Shown in pieces: positions 15,001-27,000 of a DNA stretch of 64,000 bases. The stretch lies in NCBI GenBank assembly GCA_030704615.1, contig CM060731.1, positions 38,192,001 to 38,256,000 on the forward strand. Reading direction: 5' to 3'. The notes beneath the pieces are model-generated. The model was not told the DNA's origin, did not search any database, and worked only from the letters and a program-made list of their open reading frames with translations. The translations under genes were made by a program, and so were the position numbers. Position 1 is the first letter of the stretch. Every line of letters starts with the position of its first letter. Source of the stretch: Takakia lepidozioides. Its lineage: Eukaryota > Plantae > Bryophyta.

Positions 15001-18000
15001 TGGAGTCCGGGGTGGTCATTGGTTGCCTCTCCACGTGCTTAGCTTCCTGGCCATTCCTGCCGTGTAGCCATTCTTAATGTTAATCGTGAGTTGTGGTGGG
15101 CACATGATTATTGCTTTCTTCTTCATTTTTTGACGATGCTACACAGGGGTTTCATGCTACTTCTTAGTATGAGGAACAGAACAGATTGTACTCATAAGAC
15201 GTTGTTTGCCGTAGCCTTGTGGCCATTGACCCCGCGCCCAGTTTGAGCGGACAAAAGGGACAGAACCTACCTCTGTCAGGGGCTGACGTTGGTAGTGTGA
15301 CTTACCATCATATATAGAATTAATCTGGGTTTTCCAGATATTCTCTAGAAATCCCTTCACACAAGCATCAATCTGCTGTGTGTGATTTGCCCAAAAACTA
15401 GGCCTCAGGAGGGCCTGGGCTTTTGGCTCAGCCTCGAGACTTTCAAAGTTGTTAAACAGGGGTACAGGCACAATTCCCTTGATAGAATTGAAGAGAGCGT
15501 CTCTTTGGTGAGAGAACCCCGGACAGTGTATCAGAAAGTGAATACTGTCTTCAGATTGCCCACACAGCGGGCAATTGCACTCTCCCTTTCCTCTCTGCTT
15601 CTGTTTGCTGTTCAAAGGTAGGCTTCCTGCCCTGAGTTTAAATTTCTGTCTAGTGCCGAGAGTGGGTAGACCCTTGAGGTCATCCAAGATGTCCTCCCCC
15701 ATGACACTGACTGGAAACAAGTTCAGGGAAGTTTTCTGCCTAACTTCATTTTCATCAGACAATCTCATGGCAACAGACATGGCTTCGGACACTACAGCCT
15801 CTAAGTCAGATTTATCCAGCAGGGTCAAGACTTGCGGATCCAGGTCCAGGTCCTTGAGAATCTCTTCTACTCTCTTCTGCCAGGACTTAGCCTGTTTGAC
15901 AGGGCGGTCCTGTTTCCAAGATATAGAGTCGATTAACTTAGGATATCTGGTGTTGGGCATATGTTGCAGCTGACCCCACCATCTGACCTTGAATTCATCT
16001 CGTCGGGAGCTTAAGGACGGAATGCCAAACTCACCCCGAACAGCCACATTGGCTGTTTTGGAGCATGCTGACATACACTCCTTAAGCACCCCCACTTGAA
16101 TGGATTCTAGAGACTTAGCCTGGTTGGAGTTATCAACCCATATAGCAGATCCGTACTCCAAGGCAGGTCTAACAGAACAGAACAGAACAGGTACTTTATA
16201 ACGTCATGGAAAGCTCAAAGAGCTTATGCGACAAAATGGAAAAAATCCATGAGAGAGGAAACAAAACCAGAGCCAAAAGAGAAAAATAGAAAGAGAAACA
16301 TATAGTTGGACCCAAATATATAGAAATTAGAAATACGCAGATTGCTAGGTATTTTTGGTGAATTGATAAAAGATATGTAGGAACTACGAAGCATCCTGTG
16401 TGAGAGGCATTTAGACCACCTTAGGGGTTGTTATGGAATAAATGCTTGAAAAATCCAGCAGATCTGACATAGATGTGGAGATGCAGTTGTTAACAGAGCA
16501 GCACCATTATGATTGGGGGTTGCGGGCGATTAAATCAGTGCTCAGCATGGCGGGCAACCTGTTGGAGGAGGAGCTGACTCGCAGTGGGCAGGTGTCGAGC
16601 CTGGTTGAAAGGCAGGTCATTGTACGTTCTCTTCTGGCGACAACTTTGCCAAAACTTGTTCACAGTGATTGTGACCGATTTGTGCAGCTGGCTTCTGATG
16701 TTTTCCCAGGAGTGGACACGACTTATCTACTTGACAAAGAGTTTGCTTCTGCTATCAGAGCTGTGTTGGTTGATATGAAGTTGCAGGTATTTTTGCTTTC
16801 ATGCTCTCAGTATATTTCTTGTCTATGATGGTGATTTGAACTGCTATACAGAAAGCATAGGGTGCCCGAAGAACAAGTACTTCCTTCATTTCGAAACTGC
16901 AGTCAAGAAAACACAACTTACACTCTCACGTGAAAATAATGGGCATACTCCATCTAATCGTTAAGGCTTTATTGGCATGATGGGTTGGAAGCACAGTTGT
17001 TAGATTCCCAAATTGAGAAAGTGATGCAGCTACACTTGGCATGCAAGCAACGCATTGGTGTCAGTTTGGTGGGGCCATCTGGAAGTGGGAAAACCACAGT
17101 ATGGCGGCTTCTGCAGGGTGCTCTAGCAAAAATGAGCGATGATTATCGTGTGAAAGTGCACATTCTAAATCCCAAGGTGCCAACTCAGCCTCCTCTTTCC
17201 CTTAACAATGGAGTGCAAGACAAAGGAGCTGACTAATACGAGGAAAGAAGTATACATATGGTTGCTCACCAGATTATATGGTATGTTGCTTGATATTAAA
17301 ACCAACATTGCTCTAACAGTAAAGAGGACTGTAGCACTATCTGAGCTGTCCTCCTTGTATGGACAGGCACTTACAAGGCACCAACTGCTTGGGCACATGG
17401 AAATTGACACGCGTGAGTGGGTTGATGGTGTCCTTACAGTTCTTTCACGCAAGGTACTGAATCATTTGATTTTTGGCATCGTGGTAGACACTGAATCACC
17501 CGATTTCCTCCGTGGACCGTGGGGAAGGGTAGAAGAGACCAAGGAGAACGTCAGAAATTTACTTAGAAAAAATTTATGGCCAAAGGAGGCCGGAGGGCCC
17601 AAGGAACAAAAAACATAAAATGAAATGGTACTTCGTAATGCCTGCAGAAAGCTCAAAGAGCTTATGGGACAACAGACAGAAAGAAACGAGAACGAGAAGG
17701 GCCCTCCACAAGCAGCCGAAAAGCAACTATTGCTCAAGGGATTGTCTAAGAGTCAATGCCTCAATGCCTCAAAAAATGCTGCCAAGCATTTTTTAATCTC
17801 GTAATGGAAGCCCTCCGTGAGAGATTGGGTATCACGGAATAAACAATATAACGTCCGCGGAAAGCTCAAACATGAGAGAGGAACAAGTCCAGAAACCACA
17901 ATTAATGTTCTAGCGAATGTCGAAGGGTGAAGGCCTCGTTCTGGTAGGCTGCCAAGCATTTTTGATCCTCATAGTGGAAGACATCAGTGAGAGTTTGGGT

Positions 18001-21000
18001 CAGAGAAAAGAACTATTGTTCGAGTGATTGTCTAAGGGTGAATGCCTCGTGCAGGTAGGCTGCCAAAGCATTTCTGATCTTCATAGTGGAAGACTTCAGT
18101 GAGAGATTGGGTTCCACGGAATAGAGAATGGAATCTCCCACGGATCTCATAGTAGGGAGGGCAATAGAAGAAGAAGTGTTCTTCAGTCTCAATTTCCTGG
18201 TTGTGCCCTGTGCAAGCTGGACAGAGGCGGTCAAAGAAGAAATGTTCTTCACTTCTCTGTCGATCCCAGCGCAAGCGGGGCAGAGGCGGTCCTCACGTTG
18301 CAGCACCTAAAAGTCTCTCTCTGCAGACTGTGGGAGCCCACCCTGAACCTCCCCGATACCTTTAGAAGAGAGGGAAATGAAATGGTACTTTATAACGTCC
18401 GCAGAAAGCCTTTAGAAGAGAGGGATAAAGAGCTACAGACAGGTAATTGGGCTGCAAGATTCTATCTTCATGGAGGACCAAAAATGTCTCCCAATAGAAC
18501 TGCAGTTTTGTTTTAAGGTTGACTGGTTTCAGTTCCACCTGACGTGAAGTTCTTTATGTTCTCATCTGATGCAACTATCGTGGTCCTTTTGGGACAAAGT
18601 TTCCACCCCCTCTGTATTTTGTGGCAGTAGGGAAATGAAATGAAATGGTGCTTTATAACGGAAGAAACATAGGGAAGAAAAGTTGGACACCTGAGCATGC
18701 CCTGAATATTCTTCTGACTATTAATCAACTAAGAAAGCAAGAAGAGAAATAAAAACTATGTTTTGCTTAGGTGGCAAAAGAGATGCCTCAGCAGAAGTCA
18801 TGGATCATCTGTGATGGAGATGTAGACCCAGAATGGATTGAGTCGCTTAATTCAGTTCTCGATGACAATCATATCCTCACTCTCCCCAGGTTGGATTCTA
18901 TCCTCCTTTGTCCATTTTGTCCATAAGCTCTATGAGCTTTCCGCGGACGTTATAAAGTACCATTTCATTTCATTGCATTTCAATTTACGGTTTGGCTGTC
19001 AATCCCATGACTTGCTTTGTGCAAGTTAGTTGATGTTTAAATTTGGAGCGAATAAGTTGACTTGGATAAGTTCTGCTTTACCATAATGGCTGAATGCAAG
19101 TTGTCTGGGTTGCATGTGTTTCAACTCTGCTATTTGGATGGATGTGGTCATGATGTAGTGGGGAGCGAATTCAATTTGGATCAAATGTAAACTTCATCTT
19201 TGAATGTGAAAACCTGAAGTTTGCTTCACCTGCGACTGTTAGCCGCACAGGGATGATCTTTTTCTCAGTTGATGATATCAGCCCCTCCGCATTATATGAA
19301 AACTGGATTTCTTCATTGGTACATCCTTGCTCCACGTTAAATGGATTTGACAGAAAGAGAATGTACTCATAAGACGTTGTTTGCCGTAGCCTTGTGGCCA
19401 TTGACCCCGCGCCCAGTTTGAGCGGAAACCAAAGGGACAGAACCTACCTCTGTCAGAGGCTGACGTTGGTATTACTTACCTTGATACATAGAATTGATCC
19501 GGGTTTTCCAGATATCTTCTAGAAATCCCTTCACACAAGCCCATTCAAGTGGGGGTGCTTAAGGAGTGTATGTCAGCATGCTCCAAAACAGCCAATGTGG
19601 CTGTTCGGGGTGAGTTTGGCATTCCGTCCTTAAGCTCCCGACGAGATGAATTCAAGGTCAGATGGTGGGGTCAGCTGCAACATATGTCCAACACCAGATA
19701 TCCTAAGTTAATCGACTCTATATCTTGGAAACAGGACCGCCCTGTCAAACAGGCTAAGTCCTGGCAGAAGAGAGTAGAAGAGATTCTCAAGGACCTGGAT
19801 CTGGATCCGCAAGTCTTGACCCTGCTGGATAAATCTGACTTAGAGGCTGTAGTGTCCTCAGCCATGTCTGTTGCCATGAAATTGTCTGATGAAAATGAGT
19901 TAGGCAGAAAACTTCCCTGAACTTGTTTCCAGTCTGTGACATGGGGGAGGACATCTTGGATGACCTCAAGGGTCTACCCAGAGAATGAACAATAGTCTAG
20001 TGAACGTAATATGACAATATGAACATAGTGAGCAGCTGTAAATGAGATTAAGTTTGATGAGTGTGAGGGCCACTTTAGACACAAACCATGAAACCAGTCA
20101 AACTCAGTTTAGTGACTCCTTTCAGGCACTCGGTGGGATGAGATGAGAGGCCAAAATAAACTTTGGTGTAAGGCGCCCACCGGTTAAATTGAGAATGATT
20201 GACTTTGCCATTTGCTTCATGGTAGCCAAATCGCTTGCTACTTTCAGCTGCCAAGCCCCCAACCTGCTTCGCTTGGTGAAACAATGGCGAGACTTCAATT
20301 CTTCTTATGACCGCTCAGCCACAGAGTTGGGATAATAGAAAACGAAGTCCTAACTTTTGGCAACTGGAAACTGGCACATGAGTAGATTGGAGGGCCACAT
20401 GGACTTTACCACCCCCGCCTCACACTTTGCACTTCTCACGACTTATCTCACACTTGTGTGAAATGAGACAAAGTGTGGTACAACAGAGGGGGCAAAGTGT
20501 GAGATGTGACACACTTAGTTTTGGAGGTACCACACCTTGGAAGGCCGCGGTATGAGGTGGCTCGTTCACCATGTAAGATGTAGGGGCTTCTTACAATGCT
20601 TATCTGACACAGTGTGAAATAAGACAATTGATGTAGCATATCCACTCAGATTTTCGAATTCATGGTCAACTATCTGACTTGGCTGTTCATCTTACTTACC
20701 TTGTGTGTACCTCGTTTTGGTGCTGGGTAAGTATATGCCCAGTTTGATCTGCTTTTATGTCTACTTGCCACTGAGTATGCCTTTGAGAGATCACTACAAA
20801 CGAACCTGACAGTGTAAGTACCTACAGGAGGAGGAGATAAAAGCAGAAGCTAGAGAATGGATGGGTGAAATTTTTTCCAGGGCATTAGACTGGGCTGTCT
20901 CCCAGCCTTGTTCAATCACCACAACAAAGGTTCTCTTTCTGTCCTTCCTCTCTACTTTTTGTTATCATTGGAAAAGGAGGCAAGCTTCCCAAATACCTGA

Positions 21001-24000
21001 TAAAAGCTTAGTAGGAGACAAGACTATCTGCTGAAAGTGTCATTTGAGACAAGTGAACAAGGAGAAATGAAATGAAATGTTGCTTCAGTAAGAAATAAGA
21101 CTATCCGTAGCAAGTCTCATTTGAGAACAAAGGGACCAAGGGAATATGACTTATAGTGGCAGCAGTTCTGGAATCACAGGAGTTTTCACCTTTTTCCTTC
21201 ACAAACAGGTAGGGACAATAAAAACAGTGCTGTCACACCTGCACAACATCAGGTCCAAGAATGACTTTGTCTATGGCCTTGCACGCGGATTTGGAGCAAA
21301 CATGGACACCACTGTACGCTTCGAGTTTCTGACAGAGCTTCAAGCCTGGTCAGGACAACCGGTCGGAAACAGTTATTGGGCAGAGCTGCCAGCCTTGCCA
21401 CGTTACCGAACAAACAGTGCATCAGACTTCAAACTCATGCCTGCCTCTGAAGCTATGGTACCTGTGACCATCGTGTGTCAGACTGCAGCTTTCATCTGGC
21501 CATGGATAGCAAATGCACAGCCATTTCTCCTGGTAAGGTTTGCTCATATCTCCACACACATCACCACCTCACCGGTACAAAGCTTTGGCATCACATTCAT
21601 GTGAGAAACACACTTGTCCCGGCTTTCTATCTTTTGAGGTCGCCACTAGTTCAAAGACTGTTAGAGATACAAATATATATTTTTCCCTTAGAGATAGTTT
21701 ATCTGGCAATGGCTATCAAAGAAATCTTATACAGGGAGTTCTATATGACATGTAGAGAGAAGTAGAGGCAGTTGTTATGGAAGTAGGAGATGCAATATAG
21801 CAGTAGTCATGGTAGGAGCATGGGAGAAGGCTAACATTACGATCCTGCAGGCTGGACCTGAACAATGTGGCAAATGCACACTGCTGGAGTACTGTTTCAG
21901 CAAACTAATATCGACTACTGTAACAACCATTTGCTGCAGGCAGGGTCTTGCACCTTTATTAACTTCCAAGGAGACATTGAGTCCATTTGCCAGGACTGTT
22001 TGTCCATTCCAGTGTTAACCTGTCTGTCTCAGATAACTTTCACGTCAAATAAGCTGCCAGGAGCCTGTAGAGCTATAGCTACTGTTTTTGACCAGGCCTT
22101 CAGTAGTTCAAACACATTTTTTTTGATAAGAACTTTCTCCATCAACACTTAGTTGCTTTCAGTAAGCATACTCAACCCAAGTAGATTTCCTGAAAAGGGG
22201 AGACAAATTTCAGTAGCTCAGCTATGTGCTACATTATTATGTGGCTTCTATGTTCTCCTGCAGCGCACAAACACGTGTGAGAGATGTGGTGGAGAGGCTG
22301 AATCTGGTTTGTACCCGAGTAGTGGTGGAGGGGGCGAAGGTATTCTCACCAAAAGACAGCTACCACCTGATCCTTTTTTTCCGTGACATCAACCTACCTG
22401 AGCCAGACAAGTGGGTTTCTTCTCTCTTCAATTCTTTTGTGCCATAAGCTCTTTGAGGTTCCCGCAAATGTTATTTAGTATCTTTCTTTTTATCTCTCCT
22501 TTGTGCCATCTCTTCTATGTATGAGATTGTCACTGGCATGGTCAACGTCGCTGGTGAATTCTCAGCCGAGATCCACAGCAACATTGGAGTCAAACAGGGC
22601 TGCCCCCTTTCACCTACCCTGTTCGGGATCTACATTGACGCCTTGGAGAATTACATATCAAAAAACCATGGGGTTGGGGTCCCATTGGATGGGGGACCAA
22701 CCCAATCAGATCTCCTCTATGCTGATGATGTTGCCCTTTTGGCACAATCCCCGGTCCTTCTGCAACGCCATCTCAAAATTTTGGAACAGTTCTGCAAAGA
22801 CTATGGGATGTTTGACACCGTCGTCAGCCCTGCTACCATCTATGGTTGTGAGTTCTGGGCACCTGGTGTCCCTGTCTCCTGGTGGGAAAAGAATTTGGAA
22901 CCATTACAGTCATCTTTTCTCCAAGCAATGCTTGGCGCCAGGAGCACAACTCCATCTCAGATCCTAGGTGCAGAGTTCGCATGTGTACCATTGCAATCCG
23001 AGGCCCTCTTCAGGCTTACAATCTTTCTCCATAGATTGCAGGCCCTTCCACCCAAAGGGCTAGTGGCAAGGGCCCTCACAACATCTATGAGGCTCAAAGC
23101 TGCAGGTTTCAGGAACTCCTGGTATGCTCGAGTGGACAGTTTATTTCAACGTAACGGACTTTCTACTGCTTTCCTATTACCAATGAACCCAGATGAGGTG
23201 GACATCACATCCAGACATGACCGCAACAGACTCATTCGGAGAGAGCTTATGGAATTACATGTCAAGAGAACTTGGATGCTACCCAATCTCACGACAAAGC
23301 TCCACTTCTATCGAGAGACATTCTTGGTGCTCCGCGATGATAGAATCTTGAGACCAAATTACCTTTCAGCACCCTTATCTCCTTCCCTCTTGAGGGCATT
23401 GGGGCGGTTCAGGGTGGGTTCCCACAACCTACGGATAGAGACTGGCAGATGGGAAAACCTGCAACGGGAGGACCGCCTATGTCCAGCTTGCATAGGGCGC
23501 AGCAAGGAAATTGAAACTGAAGAACACTTCTTCTTCTACTGCCCTCTATCCGTGGGAGATTCCACTGTTTATTCAGTGGAACCCAAACTCTCACTGATGT
23601 CTTTCACTATGAGGATCAAAAATGCTTGGCAGCCTACCTACACGAGGCCTTCACCCTTAGACAATCGCTAGAACATTAATTGTGGTTTCTGGATTTGTTC
23701 CTCTCTCATGTTTTCTTCCATTTTGTCCCATAAGCTCTACGAGCTTTCCGCGGACGTTATAAAGCACCATTTCATTTCATTTCATTTCTGACTCTGGTTT
23801 CTGGATTTGTTCCTCTCTCATGTTTTCTTCCATTTTGTCCCATAAGCTCTACGAGCTTTCCGCGGACGTTATAAAGCACCATTTCATTTCATTTTCTTTC
23901 TGGTTTCTCCCTTTTGTCCCATAAGCTCTTCGAGCTTCCCACCGTCGTTGTAAAGTACCATTTCATTTCTCTTTGGAAACTGAAGAACACTTCTTCTTTT

Positions 24001-27000
24001 ATTGCCCTCTATACTATGAGATCCGTGGGAGATTCAACTGTCTATTCGGTGGAACCCAATCTCTCACTGAAGTCTTCCATTATGAGGCAGCTTATCTGCA
24101 TGAGGCCTTGACCCATAGGCAATCCCTTGAGCAGTAGTTGCTTTTGGGCTGCTTTTGGCTGTGGTATTGTCTCTTCTTTCTTGTTTTTCCCTTTTATCCC
24201 ATAAGCTCTTTGAGCTTTCCGCAGACGTTATAAAGTACCATTTCTTTCTTGCCCATGGATCCTATGGGCCTTGGACAGTATAAGGTATCTTGCCTCTGAC
24301 TCTATCTCGCTCTCTTCTGAAGGCATTGTCTACAGCAAACAACGTGTTATGAGTACATTGTTCTGAAAGCATTGGGACAATTCAGTGTGGCCTCACATTG
24401 TCTGAGGATCGATGTGGCCAGATGGATGCATTGGCTTTTTCAGGACAGCTACTAGTTTCAGAAATTTTCCATTAGGAGGAGCAGAGATACCTTGTAGCAT
24501 ATTTACATGAGGCTTTCCACCTTAGAAATCACTTGAATGAATTTAGTTGTTGTAGTTGTGGTCGCTGGTTGTTCGGGCCCCATGTTTCTATTTTCTGATT
24601 TACTTTTGTCCCATAAGCTCTTAACACTTCTCATGGAGATTATGAAGTTCCATTCTTTTACTTTCTTTCATTGAGGATCATCACCACATCCACCCCTTGT
24701 CATCAAACTGGCCACAATAGCTTCAAAACAGACTAAAAATTACCCTTGAGTCGATTGTGAACTAGGTAGAATGTACTCATAGTTGCCGTAGCCTTGTTGC
24801 CATAGATGCTGTGCCCAGTTTGGAACTAGGTAGAGAAACGAAAGGAAATGAATTGAAAGAAACTTTATACCATCCAGGAGGTGCCTGGAAACAAACCAAG
24901 AACTAATTCAGAATACAAAGATGAAGTGCCTCATAGAGGTACACTTTTATTGACTTCGGGTCCTCAAAGCTGAAGGCCTCTGTTAAATACTGCCAGTCTC
25001 TTAAAGAACCAATAGTATCCCCTTTGGCTCTCATAGATGGTCCTCTATCTCTAATTCATGGGTGATACATAAAGGCAGATCCTAGCCTAGGGTGTCACTA
25101 CAGCACCTTGTCTCAATCTGCAGGGTGTGAGACTGACTCAGAAGGTGCTGAAGGCCCTTGCAGAATGGTTCTATAGCTCCTTCATGCCTCTGCATTCATA
25201 TTGATATGTATGAGTTTTTCCTACCTTACTTATGGTTTTGTGTCAGAATATATTGAGATGTGTGAAGCCAAAACCAAGAATAAGTGCTGACCTGTGACAG
25301 TGGTGTGATGGTTTACTTGGGATGTAGATATGAGTCAAATCAGCTCATTTCATTTCTGCAGCAGCTGGTTTCGTACGGTGGGTTCTATGGTGAAGACCTC
25401 GAATTTATTCGCCTTGAGAGAATCCAGGTTATTGAGCCTTGCCACAGGGTTTTTGGGTGTCTTTTGTGGTGCTCTGGATCAGGTTTTTTCCCAGCTTTGA
25501 AGCTGCAAGATGCAAAATTAAGAATGTTGCCACATATTTTTGCACTCACATGTAGTACGCTGTCAAGGAGGTGAAATGCTTACAACCCATAGAAGATGAT
25601 CTGTTTGAGCTCACGATTTACCAGCACTAAGATGCAAGCTAGTTCCAACCAGTGGTACCAAAAACACTCTTGCTAATCCATCACATGAATGTGTGGGTTC
25701 TTGCACAGCAATGGATGTGTTAGACCACTAGGAAGGCTCCCCCAGGCTATCGACTATGGGGCTTCATGTAACATGGAACTGTTTTCATGATGTTGGAATT
25801 GGGAAGGATTCAGGTTGTAGTATCAATGTGCCCTGCCACATCCGATGTGGGGCGATATCCACTGCCATCGAGATTCACAAGCATCATCCATTTGGCTTAC
25901 ATTGCTTACCCGCCTCGTGACCAACTTGAGGTGAAGTTGCTGTACTAGGAATTGTCTGCAGTGCACTGCCTGGTATAATTGTGATTGGTTCACGCAGCAC
26001 TACCTCCATTTGGAAGTCTGTAATATCAAATTATTTCCCTTAACTGTTTGATCAAGGTTCTTGCTGCCTTCCTGAGAAGGAAACAGTAAACAAACATACC
26101 AGTCTGAAATCTCAAGCAAGACATTGCATACATTTGCATATGTAAGGATGAGGGGTTTTGATGCTATTGGAGGTGTCAAGGCTATAGCCCTTGCACGACA
26201 CTTTGAGAACAGAAGAGGACGGTAGCTCAGTGGTAGAGCACCCCACCGGAATGGGGGAGGTCCTTGGTTCAATCCCTAGCCCGACCACACGCCAGTGGTT
26301 TTCCAACGAGCCAAGGTTGTGGCGGTGGTCAGAATGGGTGGGCATTAGCAATAAGGGCTATGCCTTGAGGGGGAGTGTTGGAGGTGTCAAGGCTATAGCC
26401 CTTGCACGACACTTGGAGAACAGAAGAGGACGGGTAGCTCAGTGGTAGAGCACCCCACCGGAATGGGGGAGGTCCTAGGTTCAATCCCTAGCCCGACCAC
26501 ATGCCAACGGTTTTCCAACAGATGCTGCAGCTCAGTGATATTCATAACTCAATTGTCAACTAAGCAGATACAAATATCTCTCTTAGATCATGCTTTAGCC
26601 TTAACAATGCCTACAGACAAACCATGCATCTGTGAAAATTTACTACTTGCATCAATGGACATGTGCACAAAATTCAGGTAATTTACAGCACTATGCTGGG
26701 AGGAGTGCTGCATACAATGGTGCCCCATGATCTAAGCTGGACTTCATCCTCGAATGTGAAGGATCTTGCTGGTTTTTCTTTCCCCTATCCTATCTTTCCA
26801 GAGTGTGAACATTAGAATCTGGATCAACAATCGTGGAAAGCTTGGGCAAGTTGCATTCTCTTTTTATGTCGTCCACATGACAAGTGTAGTCAAGAGTCAG
26901 ATGAAGCTTACCAGCTCAATGAACATAGGTTGAAGCACACTACACAGAGTAAGAACCAGACACAAGCATGTGTACCAAAAGTCAAGGATTTTAACTTAGG

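Larger units (their letters stand above)
26165..26520 (+). mobile_element. TRIM (miniature LTR retrotransposon) with tRNA-derived LTRs, copy 1 (PBS deleted)
   Basis: LTRs at 26165-26307 and 26376-26520 (T[G/A]TTGG...CCAAC[A]), PPT GAGGGGGAG, 5-bp TSD GATGC at 26160-26164 and 26521-26525. Confidence 0.9.

Noticed and set aside
20405-20630. Small inverted repeats (CTCACACTTTGC/GCAAAGTGTGAG) as a MITE
   Set aside because: Short arms, no TSD identified and no second copy in the window.
21851-21939. Degenerate AAA3/AAA4 P-loops as evidence of dynein pseudogenisation
   Set aside because: Non-canonical AAA3/AAA4 loops are normal for dynein-2, and the spliced frame is intact.
26165-26520. CRISPR-like or simple tandem SINE dimer
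   Set aside because: Only two units, separated by a PPT-bearing interior (PBS intact in copy 2), with TG...CA ends and a 5-bp TSD; eukaryotic context.
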